DNA of 64,000 nt from a virus (IMGVR_UViG_3300031993_000014:50987-114986); one strand, 5' to 3'. Counted from the stretch's first letter, positions 27,618 to 37,175 are shown. The notes: generated by a model from the sequence alone, not told the origin. Numbers and translations are program-made.

Positions 27618-28310
27618 TTATTCATCATCGTCGTCGTCATTGTCAGCACTGGAATCACCGCGATAGTTTGCGGAGTTCTTCACCTTGCCATACATCATGT
27701 CTTTCTGTTTCTTCTTAGCCTTACGGAAAACATCGTACATGACGGGCATGAGACGCTGAGTCTTTTGACGGATCTTTTCAACTTTGTGGTACTGGGTAGC
27801 GATAAGCACGATCGCAGCCGGAGCGCACATAACCGAGATACCGATGGCAATCCAGAGGGCTTTCCAAGACACCATGAAGCGAACGAAGGAAGCGAAAGTC
27901 ATTTCGCCATCAACGAAGTCTTCCATGTGTTCAATATCATCAGCGATGTCATCAACGAGCTTGTCGATGCGGTCTTGCGTAGTAGCAAGTTCAACCTGCT
28001 GTGCGTACCATGCAACCATCTTAGAACGGTCACTGTACAAGTACTTATCAATGATGCCGTTAGCCTTGGCATCAACAGCCTCTTGAGCCGGAACAGCACT
28101 CCAGAGTTTGTCCATTTGAGCTTGGACTTCTTCGAGAGCCTGAACAGCAGCTGTAGAGTCGATAGAGTCGAGAGTTACAGAGAGACCCTTATTCTCGGAA
28201 GCAAGAGCCGTTGCGCTTTTAATAATATCTGCAATCTTGCCTTCGCCAGTTTGCAGATACATCTTGAAATCATCAACGGTAGCTCCAAGGGGCTTCAAAA
28301 TTCTGCTCAT
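27618..28310 (-). CDS. putative internal virion protein, paralog 2
   Basis: start MSRILKP at 28310 (aaggagatatctctaATG); paralogous to 26968-27606. Confidence 0.6.
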   Translation of the reverse strand: MSRILKPLGATVDDFKMYLQTGEGKIADIIKSATALASENKGLSVTLDSIDSTAAVQALEEVQAQMDKLWSAVPAQEAVDAKANGIIDKYLYSDRSKMVAWYAQQVELATTQDRIDKLVDDIADDIEHMEDFVDGEMTFASFVRFMVSWKALWIAIGISVMCAPAAIVLIATQYHKVEKIRQKTQRLMPVMYDVFRKAKKKQKDMMYGKVKNSANYRGDSSADNDDDDDE

Positions 28311-28329
28311 TAGAGATATCTCCTTAATG

Positions 28330-28707
28330 TTAACATTCGCAGGAGGATTGCTCACCCGGGCCACGAGTAATATCTTTGAAAACTTTACAGCACGTTCCGT
28401 CCTTGTTGACGAAATAAATCAGACCAGCGATATCCGTAGAATCATGGAATGTTCCTGCGGTAACTGGGATCTTTGTTCGATCGAAATGTTTGGGAAATGA
28501 AAGAGCCTTACAGCCCTTTCGCCGAAGAAGAAATGCACCAAAGCAGTTCAGTTCTCGCTCAGTCAGACGAATCACACCTCTATATGGAAAGCTCCCTACG
28601 ATTTGTCTTTTTCGTCTTTCCCAGTATCTAGTCTCAATATCCGCAATGGATCCAGACTGTGCTGTAGAAGTGCTAGCACTCAAAGAATTCTTGCATCCAC
28701 AAGCCAT
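28330..28707 (-). CDS. Cys-rich hypothetical protein
   Basis: start MACGCK after gaggt RBS, directly downstream of the AACT promoter at 28723-28734. Confidence 0.55.
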   Translation of the reverse strand: MACGCKNSLSASTSTAQSGSIADIETRYWERRKRQIVGSFPYRGVIRLTERELNCFGAFLLRRKGCKALSFPKHFDRTKIPVTAGTFHDSTDIAGLIYFVNKDGTCCKVFKDITRGPGEQSSCEC

Positions 28708-28722
28708 AGCAAACCTCTTGTT

Positions 28723-28754
28723 CATTATAGAGTTATCCATCGAACTTATGATTG
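28723..28754. promoter_or_regulatory. back-to-back pair of AACT-N4-AWTR promoters
   Basis: AACTCTATAATG (-, 28723-28734) and AACTTATGATTG (+, 28743-28754). Confidence 0.65.
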
Positions 28755-28792
28755 CGGAGAAAGCAAAGTTGCAAATTCGCAAAGGAGACAAC

Positions 28793-29050
28793 ATGTTTAT
28801 GCGATTGTTAGATCTAGTGAGAGAGACTAGAGCAGCACTAGTGCAGAAGAGAGTTTACGCCCGTATGGAGAGACATGGGTTGTCTGCAACCGTTCTCGTG
28901 TGGGAACTTGATGGAGACAAGAGACTGAAGTTTGTAGGCGAGTCCACAGTGGACGCTGAAACAGTCTGTACAAAGAAAGAAATTGAAGAAAAAGCAAAGT
29001 TGATACTCGAAGAAAAGCATATTCATGAATACAAGCTTGAGGTGTTCTAA
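28793..29050 (+). CDS. hypothetical protein co-transcribed with DNA polymerase
   Basis: 85 aa from ATG 28793 (aaaggagacaacATG); TAATG overlap with the polymerase gene. Confidence 0.65.
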   Translation: MFMRLLDLVRETRAALVQKRVYARMERHGLSATVLVWELDGDKRLKFVGESTVDAETVCTKKEIEEKAKLILEEKHIHEYKLEVF

Positions 29051-30987
29051 TGACATTTAAGGAATCTTACATCCAAACAGTTTGCAAGCTGTACAACACT
29101 CTGACGAACAGAGTGGCTCCACCAGAGTTTATCAAGGAAGTGGAAGCTCTGTATGATACAGCCATTGTGAACACCAAGAGCCAGAATGAGCTTATCATTC
29201 ACAACCCTGAAAAGCACACTGTGCAGGAAATCCAGACCGAAGAAGTGCTGGATATGGTGTACTCCGGTGATTATACCATGAGCGCTTACGGCGTATTGGT
29301 TGACTCCTATGCTCGTAATCCGTCTCCATTATCTGACTTCCTTATCTTCTTACAGGAAATGCGTAAGAAAGAAAAGAAGCTCAAGTTCGAGCATATTAAC
29401 GACGTTGACAAGTTCATCATGCTTATCCATGACAAGATGCAGCTCTTGTTCAAGCTCGTTGGTAACTCGGAGTACGGCGGTGCAGGTGAACGCAACTACA
29501 TTCTCGGATCTCCGAATACCGGGCCGGGTACTACTTACAATGGTTTTGCTATCATTACATCTACGATTTACTTCGTAGAATCCCTTATGGAAGGCAACTT
29601 TTGGTTCTTCTCTACTGACGACGCTCTCCGTTATATCGAGGAAGTCCGTCTTCACACTGAAAAGTACCCTGAAACCATTGCTTCTTATGTCGATGAAATG
29701 ATCGACAATTGGGAGATTGTCTATGACGAACTCTGCAAGCACATTGCAGAAGACGCAGATTTCTCCCACTTGACTCTCAAGGCAGCATTACAGAATCTCG
29801 ATTCCGAAATGCTTACCAGAATCTTCTATACGAACAACATCTACAGATTTCTTGAACAGAAGGCTCAGATGGCTGTGCTGTCTAACACTTTCTCTACGTC
29901 ATTCCGCGATCCTAACACACCGCCGGATGACATCAAGGAACAGATGACGACGATCAATGACAGAATCCGCCAGTATGTGGCTCATCCATATATTCACTGG
30001 AACCGTGCCGAGATTGTGAAGAACCTCAAGAGAAAGAGTATTCTCGTAACTGACACTGACTCGGTATTTTGCCTTCTTTATAATTTCATATTATTCTATG
30101 AGGATAAGTTCTACAAATCTGTCGAACAGGATGATGAAGCACGTATCTCTATAGCAATGATTGCCAACAATATTCTTGGGCAGCAATTACAGGCTATATT
30201 GGATGCTGTGACGGGAGGCCTGTCGGTGGATAAGAGATTGATGCCAAGAATCAACATGAAGAGTGAATTCCTCATGAAGAGATTGGCACTTACTCGCAAC
30301 AAGAAGAACTATTCATCGATTACTCTTGTGCAAGAAGGAAAGGTGCTTACACCACCTGCTTTTGATGTCAAGGGATTACCGATTAAGAAAAGCTCGACAA
30401 ACAGAATTGCGAGAAATTATTTCTCTGACCTACTCGAGAACCAAATACTCAAACCGAAGGAAGTCAGTCCGAGGGAAGTACTTCAGGGTTACATGCGTTT
30501 TGAAAGAGAAGTGTATACTTCTTTGAAGGAACGCCGTGACACTGTGTATCTGACTCCTGGTAAGTACACTTCGTGGGGTGCGTACAAGGATCCTACCAAG
30601 AATTCTACAGTACGTGCTGTAACGATGTGGAACACGCTCAATCCGAATGACAAGATACAAGACTACTCGAGAGTGAATCTCATCCCGATAAGGGAAGTGA
30701 AGAACTCGGAAGGATTCGCATATCTTAAGGAAATAGATGAGCATCTTTACGAAAACGCCATCAGGATATTTGAAGAGAATGCTCAGATGTTCCGGTCTTC
30801 TGGTGTGAAGGCGATTGCACTTCCTAAGAAGAAAAAATCGATCCCGGAATACCTCCTACCGTTGATCGATACGGACAAAATAGTGGAGGCGAACTTGAAA
30901 AGTGCTTATACTATCATGGAAAGCATCGGCTTCGTGCTGTTGCCTAATGGTAACTCTAAACACTTCTCCTCGTTCGTAGACTTATAA
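29050..30987 (+). CDS. family B DNA polymerase, phiKZ/AR9-type polymerase subunit
   Basis: motif B QLLFKLVGNSEYG, motif C VTDTDS, KKNY, FDVKGL; no exonuclease domain or DxxSLYP in this ORF. Confidence 0.88.
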   Translation: MTFKESYIQTVCKLYNTLTNRVAPPEFIKEVEALYDTAIVNTKSQNELIIHNPEKHTVQEIQTEEVLDMVYSGDYTMSAYGVLVDSYARNPSPLSDFLIFLQEMRKKEKKLKFEHINDVDKFIMLIHDKMQLLFKLVGNSEYGGAGERNYILGSPNTGPGTTYNGFAIITSTIYFVESLMEGNFWFFSTDDALRYIEEVRLHTEKYPETIASYVDEMIDNWEIVYDELCKHIAEDADFSHLTLKAALQNLDSEMLTRIFYTNNIYRFLEQKAQMAVLSNTFSTSFRDPNTPPDDIKEQMTTINDRIRQYVAHPYIHWNRAEIVKNLKRKSILVTDTDSVFCLLYNFILFYEDKFYKSVEQDDEARISIAMIANNILGQQLQAILDAVTGGLSVDKRLMPRINMKSEFLMKRLALTRNKKNYSSITLVQEGKVLTPPAFDVKGLPIKKSSTNRIARNYFSDLLENQILKPKEVSPREVLQGYMRFEREVYTSLKERRDTVYLTPGKYTSWGAYKDPTKNSTVRAVTMWNTLNPNDKIQDYSRVNLIPIREVKNSEGFAYLKEIDEHLYENAIRIFEENAQMFRSSGVKAIALPKKKKSIPEYLLPLIDTDKIVEANLKSAYTIMESIGFVLLPNGNSKHFSSFVDL

Positions 30988-31005
30988 AGAAGGAAAAACA
31001 CAACA

Positions 31006-31764
31006 ATGGCATACAATAACAAGCCCAACAACAATTTCGGCAAAAGCAACAACAATGGCAATAACGCAGGACGCGAAAAGGAATACTTCCGTTCTGCTGC
31101 TCTCTTCTGCCATGACTCCAATCTTACAATCGGGGTTATGACAAGCATGTACGGTGAAATGTCCGCATTCCTCCGTCTTGCTCGCCGTCTTCCGGATGCT
31201 CCGGCGGAAGCGAAGAAGGGTGATAAGATCTACGACCATAACAATGAAGTCTTCATTGCATTGGGCGTGAATCAGGCTATTCGTCTTCAGGCCGAAATCA
31301 ACTATCTCGAAGCGTCTGAAAAGTCGCAGAGAGCAGTGTTCATGCTTGGTATTTGGAAGTTGGAATTCATCAAGGGCGAATACCTTGAACATCCGATCAA
31401 GAATGCTATCTTCATGAGCATTGAAAACACGGATACAAAGCAGCGCGATGCGTTCGTGTTCGAAAACAAACCGATTTCTTTGGACAACATCGAAGGACAG
31501 CAGGAAGGATTCATTTTCATCCAAGATTTTGAAATCTTCAAGCAGTGGCTTCAGGCCGTCATCCCGGAAATGTTCAAGCCTCATAAGATGTCGTTTGCTC
31601 GTATGGGCCAGCCCACTGGACAGGGTGCTAGAACGTCTGCAGCCGGAAATCATTTCAAGCAGCGTCCGTCCAACTCTAACCAAACTTCTCAGGAGACACA
31701 GCAGGAAGCTTCTAACCCGCAGGACTACGTTCCGCAGGGCGAAGATCAAGACTTGCCGTTCTAA
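31006..31764 (+). CDS. single-stranded DNA-binding protein (putative)
   Basis: follows the polymerase; beta-rich core, Q/N-rich linker, acidic tip EDQDLPF. Confidence 0.65.
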   Translation: MAYNNKPNNNFGKSNNNGNNAGREKEYFRSAALFCHDSNLTIGVMTSMYGEMSAFLRLARRLPDAPAEAKKGDKIYDHNNEVFIALGVNQAIRLQAEINYLEASEKSQRAVFMLGIWKLEFIKGEYLEHPIKNAIFMSIENTDTKQRDAFVFENKPISLDNIEGQQEGFIFIQDFEIFKQWLQAVIPEMFKPHKMSFARMGQPTGQGARTSAAGNHFKQRPSNSNQTSQETQQEASNPQDYVPQGEDQDLPF

Positions 31765-31772
31765 GTTTGATT

Positions 31773-31815
31773 AAAAGATCCCCTTGGAGTAATCCAAGGG
31801 GGTTTTTATTTTTTT
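31773..31815. terminator. bidirectional terminator
   Basis: cccttgga-gtaa-tccaaggg flanked by A and T runs between convergent genes. Confidence 0.8.
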
Positions 31816-33295
31816 AGTATGTGAGCGTGTACAGAGCTTGTACTGGCTCAGAACCGATCTTTCTGGATACGCCACCAGTAAGGTCAGTTATATTTTTTGG
31901 TGAGTAGATGTACTTCTCGATCTCGGCATTAGCTTCCTTCGTGAAGAGCATCTTGATAACGACGGTATCGCCATCGAAGTCAGCATCCATAGCCTTAAGG
32001 ACAGCCGGATGAAGCTGTGCTGTATCATTCCATTTCACCGGGGTCACAGAAAAATCCGGATAGAACGGATCATCACCGATCTTCGTAGTGGCCTCGGTTG
32101 TGATAATCACCGGACGATGGCAAGATACGTTACGGTAGTCTTCAAGCGGATAACGAGTGACCAGCACATGCTTGTCCTTGATTGCTTCCTTAGTGATATA
32201 ATAAAGGATGTCGGTATTGTTGATAGGTCTACCGAGCTCACCGAAGAAGCCGAAGTCCTTGAAGTCTAGCGGTTTGCCATCGCTCTTGAGGATGAAGAAC
32301 GGCTCTGTACGGAACTCTCTGGTACGGGCGTAGTTGGCTATAAAACGCTCTGCGTAGTCCGTGGAGAGCGACTCAAAGGCAACCTGAGTGTACTTCCCGT
32401 GGCTCTCTTCGACCAGATAGTAGTCCTCTCCAAGCTCGTTGAAGAGCGCCTTGAACTCGTAGGAAACGAACGGAAGAGCAAGAGCAGCCATCTGGTATAG
32501 AGGAATACCGACTTCTTCGAACTTGATCATCGTATCTTTGTATGTCGGAGCTGCTGCAATGTGTTCAGCTGAGATAACAGCACGAGTAGTGTAGTCGATG
32601 TTCTTACCAAGCATTGTAGCATGGATGAGGCCATTCTTCTTAGCGATCTTGCCGATGAAGTAATCCATGATCTGAACGAGCTGTTCTTGGATCTTGCCTT
32701 CAAGAGCATAGGTAGTGAAGAATCCGCCTTCATTCTTGAGTGACTGGCATTTAGAGATCAAACCAACATACATATCACCAATCTCATCGATGGAGATACG
32801 AGAGAGTTCCTTGGTGAAGTTTATGTCATAATAGAAAGCCGGAACAGTAATCCACTTAGTACAGAAGATTTCATTGCGCTTATAGAGCTTCAGGAGCTCA
32901 ATACGGTTAGAACGAGAACGGTTGTTACGGTCATCGAACTTGATCTTATCCCAGTTCGAATAGAGCCATTCAATTCCGGTGCCACCTTTTTCGTCTTCAA
33001 GGAGTTCACCCCTTGAAGATACGGAAAAGTTTTTGGCTCCAGTAACAATAGCAGAAGCTTGAGAACAAATTCGGCTGAATTCTTTATACGCCAATGGGTG
33101 CATAAAGTGTCTTCCGAGATCGATGTAGGCGTACTGAAGCTTACGTCTCTTGGAACCCGGTCTGCCATAGATCTTATAAGAGAAGATACCGTCATCCGTC
33201 GGTGTCTTATCGGCATTGATGTATACCGGATTAGACACTTCGGGAAGCTTATTCTTCTCGATGATGGCATCGATATCTGCTATTTCAATCTTCAT
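31814..33295 (-). CDS. second RNA polymerase beta'-N catalytic subunit (probably virion RNAP)
   Basis: DGIFSYKIYG, AYIDL, LGKNIDYTTRAVI, VTRYP, catalytic MDADFDGD. Confidence 0.88.
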   Translation of the reverse strand: MKIEIADIDAIIEKNKLPEVSNPVYINADKTPTDDGIFSYKIYGRPGSKRRKLQYAYIDLGRHFMHPLAYKEFSRICSQASAIVTGAKNFSVSSRGELLEDEKGGTGIEWLYSNWDKIKFDDRNNRSRSNRIELLKLYKRNEIFCTKWITVPAFYYDINFTKELSRISIDEIGDMYVGLISKCQSLKNEGGFFTTYALEGKIQEQLVQIMDYFIGKIAKKNGLIHATMLGKNIDYTTRAVISAEHIAAAPTYKDTMIKFEEVGIPLYQMAALALPFVSYEFKALFNELGEDYYLVEESHGKYTQVAFESLSTDYAERFIANYARTREFRTEPFFILKSDGKPLDFKDFGFFGELGRPINNTDILYYITKEAIKDKHVLVTRYPLEDYRNVSCHRPVIITTEATTKIGDDPFYPDFSVTPVKWNDTAQLHPAVLKAMDADFDGDTVVIKMLFTKEANAEIEKYIYSPKNITDLTGGVSRKIGSEPVQALYTLTY

Positions 33296-33320
33296 AATTA
33301 CCTCTTTTCTATTGAAGAGT

Positions 33321-33980
33321 TCACCACTTTGGGAGGAAGCTCTTTATAGTAAGCTTGGAATCCTGAAGATTCTGTGCATATCCTTCCATGATAGCTTTGT
33401 TGTAGCCAAACTCAGGGAAGGCAATGTACTTGGACTGATTCTTAAAGCGTTCAGCCACGTCAAGCAAGCACATTGGATTGTCGTCAACAAATGTATCGAA
33501 GTCTGGGAAGTTCTTCTCGATGTAAGCACCCTTGGACTCCTTGAGAGGGAGTTCAACATACTCGTAATCGAGCATACCAAAATTCTTTTTTACCCACTTC
33601 TCCTTGGACTGGTTGCAGAGACCGTCAATGACATGGGTAAGGAAGATGAGCTTATTACCAACACCTCCGGAGATAAGCGAAGCACCGAAGCTAGACAACG
33701 GAAGATCATCATAGAACTGACCGTTCTCCGTATAAGACTTGTAGAAGAGGTCTGCTACAGTATCGCTGATACCGAGGAACTTGATAAGATCGTAGAATGG
33801 TCTGGAAAAGACTTCGGAGAAGAAGAGATTGTGGTCATAGGTGCTTTCAAGAGCGATGTTGAGTCTCTCAGTACGCTTCATGATAGCAGGGTGTTGCATA
33901 GCCGACAGAATCCACTTCGGGGCCATATACACAATTGTATCGTCAATGTCGATGATTTGGATCTTGGGTTTCTTTATCAT
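33321..33980 (-). CDS. HAD-family 5'(3')-nucleotidase-like phosphatase
   Basis: IIDIDDTI, FLTH, FVDDNP, PEFGYN. Confidence 0.7.
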   Translation of the reverse strand: MIKKPKIQIIDIDDTIVYMAPKWILSAMQHPAIMKRTERLNIALESTYDHNLFFSEVFSRPFYDLIKFLGISDTVADLFYKSYTENGQFYDDLPLSSFGASLISGGVGNKLIFLTHVIDGLCNQSKEKWVKKNFGMLDYEYVELPLKESKGAYIEKNFPDFDTFVDDNPMCLLDVAERFKNQSKYIAFPEFGYNKAIMEGYAQNLQDSKLTIKSFLPKW

Positions 33981-33993
33981 GGTCTACTCCTTT

Positions 33994-34005
33994 CAATTTT
34001 TAGTT
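33994..34005 (-). promoter_or_regulatory. AACT-N4-AWTR phage promoter
   Basis: AACTAAAAATTG upstream of the RBS aaaggag. Confidence 0.6.
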
Positions 34006-34015
34006 CAGAATATTC

Positions 34016-34048
34016 CACAATAAAAATGATCTCTCCACGAATGGAGAG
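34016..34048 (-). terminator. intrinsic terminator
   Basis: tgatctctcca-ttcg-tggagagatca plus T run. Confidence 0.85.
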
Positions 34049-34058
34049 ATCAAAAAAA

Positions 34059-34577
34059 TTAACCTTGAGACGCAAGAATCTGCTTGATCAACCACGGCTT
34101 ACCATAGCGGAGCGGACGCTTCACATCAGGAGCAATGGCTTTAAGGTAGTCGTCGAGTTCTTCAACCGTCTTAGATTCCAGAGTGGCTTTGTCAAGCTTT
34201 TCCGGAGTCGTCACGGTATCAACGACAGCTTCAGCAGGAGCTTCAGGTTCTTTGACAGGTTCAGTATTGGCTACAGGTTCTGGTGTAGCTTCAACTTGCA
34301 CTGGTGTTACTGGTGTTTCTGCGGGTTTAGCAGTTTCAGTGGCAATCTTTTCAGCAGCGATGACGGATTCCTCTACCTTCGTAGCAGGTTTCCTTTCAAC
34401 CTTCTGAGAGACGTTCTGTACAACAACCTTTGGCTTAACCTTGACACCAGTGATTACCACCGGATAACCCAAGGCACAGACGGTCTTGTACAACTGGTCA
34501 CTGATCTGTTTATTGGTGAATGGCCCTTTACCAATACCCGGAATCACTCCAGTGTAATTTGTAGATACAACTTTCAT
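34059..34577 (-). CDS. protein with P/E/T/A-rich linker and C-terminal Rho-N/HeH-like module
   Basis: C-terminus LESKTVEELDDYLKAI..GKPWLIKQILASQ fits a helix-extension-helix pattern; RBS taaccaaaggagtatcttATG. Confidence 0.55.
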   Translation of the reverse strand: MKVVSTNYTGVIPGIGKGPFTNKQISDQLYKTVCALGYPVVITGVKVKPKVVVQNVSQKVERKPATKVEESVIAAEKIATETAKPAETPVTPVQVEATPEPVANTEPVKEPEAPAEAVVDTVTTPEKLDKATLESKTVEELDDYLKAIAPDVKRPLRYGKPWLIKQILASQG

Positions 34578-34602
34578 AAGATACTCCTTTGGTTATACTG
34601 AA

Positions 34603-35310
34603 TTAGTCATCGAGGAAGCCGAAGAGGGCAGATTCGTACTTGAGGTCGTCATCAGCACCGTCGCCGTCACCGAGACCCACGACTTCTTCGTCGCTGTCCT
34701 TGCCTTTCTTCTTGTTTTCATCATCGTCGTCACCCGTTTCATCCGGATTCTTGGCATCATCTTCCGGATCGGCAGCAGCCGGAGCAGCAGCGATTTCATC
34801 ATTGAAGACATCGTAGAATTCTTCAGAGGATGCAAAGGCTTCGTCTACTTCATCAAACTTGAAGCATTCATCGCCGTCCTTGACATTCTTGGAAGCGTTG
34901 TCAGACTTGTCGTCCTTATCGTCATCCTTCTTGTCATCATCTTTCTTATCATCCTTGTCGTCGTCGCCCTTCTTGTCTTCGTCATCGTCTTTCTTATCAT
35001 CCTTGTCGTCGTCATCTTTCTTCTTGTCGTCCTTATCCCCGTCACCCTTGTCGAGATCAGAGATATCGGCCTTAGCACCGTTCTTGGCATCGTCTTCGAT
35101 GTCATCGTCAGCGTCTGCGAGGAAAGCCTGTTCGTCGAAGTTGAAGTTTTCGAAAGCGAGAGACTGGCAAGACTTGCCACATTCTTCAGCGTTTTCCGGA
35201 TCCTTTTCTTTATCCTTGTCCTTATTTTCTTCTTCATTGAAGAGGTGCATAAGGTCGAGGTCGTTGTGTTCTTCAGAAGCGAAGATATCGTCAATACTGT
35301 TGACTGCCAT
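34603..35310 (-). CDS. highly acidic D/K-repeat protein (candidate prohead core/scaffold)
   Basis: DDKKDDDD-type low-complexity core; AACT promoter at 35338-35349. Confidence 0.6.
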   Translation of the reverse strand: MAVNSIDDIFASEEHNDLDLMHLFNEEENKDKDKEKDPENAEECGKSCQSLAFENFNFDEQAFLADADDDIEDDAKNGAKADISDLDKGDGDKDDKKKDDDDKDDKKDDDEDKKGDDDKDDKKDDDKKDDDKDDKSDNASKNVKDGDECFKFDEVDEAFASSEEFYDVFNDEIAAAPAAADPEDDAKNPDETGDDDDENKKKGKDSDEEVVGLGDGDGADDDLKYESALFGFLDD

Positions 35311-35337
35311 AATAATCTCCTTGTAAGATTTTTACTT

Positions 35338-35349
35338 CATTGAGAAGTT
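35338..35349 (-). promoter_or_regulatory. AACT-N4-AWTR phage promoter
   Basis: AACTTCTCAATG. Confidence 0.6.
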
Positions 35350-35411
35350 AGGATGAATCTAGAATAAGTTGAAATTTCCCCGTGCAATTTGGAGAAATTT
35401 CAACTTTTATT

Positions 35412-36665
35412 TTAACTCTTATAGTCGAATGTATCGAGAATATTTTCACGCAGATTCTTCAGGATGAAGATAGCTGCCGGGAGATAGTAGTAGTCCGTAA
35501 TCAGACCACACGGGTTGATTCTCTCCAATAGCGGAACAATCTGGTCGATATCTCTCTTCTCATTGAACCAGAACTTGATAAGCTCGCCGTATCCGGATGC
35601 GTCAAGGACATCAAACTTGATGGTATCCGTCTGGTCTCTAAGATACTCCCAAAGATTACCGAATACACGCTGATACCCGAACATACAAGGATTGACAGTC
35701 TCAGAAGCACAATACTTGGCTCCACGGACAAAGACATCCCTCAAGTGCCTGCCCGGTACTTCTTCACGGTAAGGTACAATCATGTAGATACCGAGATATG
35801 GCCCCATGTGCCAGAAGTTATGATGCTCTAATGCCCACCAAAGACTGTGCGTATAGAACCTGTACAGTTCATCGTAGTCTCTTACATCAATCTTCAGAGG
35901 AACACGGTCTCTACGGAAGCTGAAGTTACGATAGAAGACATTTTCCTTAGATGCAAAGTAGTGGAGAGCTTCATCCCAGAGGAGATAAGTTCCTTCCATC
36001 ACAGGGAACATGTAGCAATCAGTGCGCTGATCGTAGAACATTTCCACTTCGTCCACAAGGAAGTCAAGCTTAGCTTCAATAGCAGCACAGATGTCTGCTT
36101 TAGAATCTTCCACAATGGCTGTCTTGTTTACAGAATGGGAAGATGCAATCACACGGAAGACACGAGCAACCTGCTTGTCAATATCACCAGTACCGGAGTA
36201 TACCTGATACAAGTAATAAGTGATCTCATAGAAGGATTGACCCTTGATGTTGGATCTCTTCACATGGTTCACACGGAAGATAGCCTTCTTATGACCATAC
36301 CAAGGAATAGTGAAACAGTCGTCTTCTCTCGGCATTAGAGAACCCGGAGATACAATGGCAGTACCTTCCACCTGTGCTTCTGTACCCGCTTCGTCAGAGT
36401 CCTCTGGGTCTACATCAAGGTTACTTGCTTTGTGAAGCGGAAGATCCTTAATAAGATTGAAGACCACCGGAGAATCATCACCGACAATCTCTTGAACCGT
36501 GCCGAGGTTCACATCATGAGTACTTTCGGCATGGCTCTTACTGTAGTAATTCACTAATAGCGGGAGGTCATTAAAGTATACCTTATAGGTATCAAGAGAC
36601 GCTTTAAGATGAGCTCTTTGGGTCTCGACAAAGTTCTTGTCATTCGCAACTATTCTTGCCATCAC
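35412..36665 (-). CDS. virion structural protein, possibly T4 gp14-like neck protein
   Basis: MPREDDCFTIP..AIFRVNHV..GQSFYEI resembles the gp14 P.EGD.IYFP..LFEI pattern. Confidence 0.45.
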   Translation of the reverse strand: MMARIVANDKNFVETQRAHLKASLDTYKVYFNDLPLLVNYYSKSHAESTHDVNLGTVQEIVGDDSPVVFNLIKDLPLHKASNLDVDPEDSDEAGTEAQVEGTAIVSPGSLMPREDDCFTIPWYGHKKAIFRVNHVKRSNIKGQSFYEITYYLYQVYSGTGDIDKQVARVFRVIASSHSVNKTAIVEDSKADICAAIEAKLDFLVDEVEMFYDQRTDCYMFPVMEGTYLLWDEALHYFASKENVFYRNFSFRRDRVPLKIDVRDYDELYRFYTHSLWWALEHHNFWHMGPYLGIYMIVPYREEVPGRHLRDVFVRGAKYCASETVNPCMFGYQRVFGNLWEYLRDQTDTIKFDVLDASGYGELIKFWFNEKRDIDQIVPLLERINPCGLITDYYYLPAAIFILKNLRENILDTFDYKS

Positions 36666-37111
36666 TTACCTCCGGCTTTCTTTACTGGTTTGGCGTTCTT
36701 GTTGATAATCTTGAAAGCTTGTCCATAGATAGACTTTGTCTTGTACTTTTCATCAATCACAAAGTCATAGTCAACCTTGCCTCTGTCTTTCTTGGGAGTG
36801 TTAATCATCGCATAACAAGCTTCCATTTTCCACTTTACGCTGTTCACAGCATCATAGGCAGGAGTAAACATGTGGTCATGTCTGTTTTTGTATGCCGTAA
36901 GAAGCTTAGCATACTGGTCTTTCAGCCACTTGTCGTCATCCTTATGTTCCTTAAGAGACTTGAAGAACATCTTGCAACCAAGCCATGTACTGAAATTCCA
37001 AAATCCATAGTACAATCCTATCACTACCCCTGAGAGGACGTCAGTACCAATCATCGTTGTGGAATTGTAACTGAAGTCTAAGTCTTCGGGTTTCAACAAC
37101 TTTTCCGCCAT
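36662..37111 (-). CDS. hypothetical protein
   Basis: 149 aa, RBS gaggtaatatATG, AACT promoter at 37121-37132. Confidence 0.7.
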   Translation of the reverse strand: MAEKLLKPEDLDFSYNSTTMIGTDVLSGVVIGLYYGFWNFSTWLGCKMFFKSLKEHKDDDKWLKDQYAKLLTAYKNRHDHMFTPAYDAVNSVKWKMEACYAMINTPKKDRGKVDYDFVIDEKYKTKSIYGQAFKIINKNAKPVKKAGGK

Positions 37112-37120
37112 ATATTACCT

Positions 37121-37132
37121 CATTCATGAGTT
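37121..37132 (-). promoter_or_regulatory. AACT-N4-AWTR phage promoter
   Basis: AACTCATGAATG immediately before the RBS. Confidence 0.6.
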
Positions 37133-37139
37133 TTTACAA

Positions 37140-37174
37140 AAAAAGAAGTGCGTATCGAGCGATACGCACTTTTC
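37140..37174 (-). terminator. intrinsic terminator after helicase
   Basis: aagtgcgtatc-gctc-gatacgcactt plus T run. Confidence 0.8.
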
Positions 37175-37175
37175 A

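Noticed and set aside
28490-28792. 5' extension of the 28793 ORF given in the ORF track (186 aa)
   Set aside because: It overlaps a minus-strand gene and the divergent promoters; the RBS-supported start is 28793
33216-34601. 461-aa plus-strand ORF spanning two minus-strand genes
   Set aside because: Antisense shadow crossing real genes, a promoter and a terminator; no recognisable motifs
34890-35060. gtc/atc/ttc-rich repeats as a CRISPR array or satellite
   Set aside because: They are simply the codons of the D/K-rich protein; no constant repeat with unique spacers
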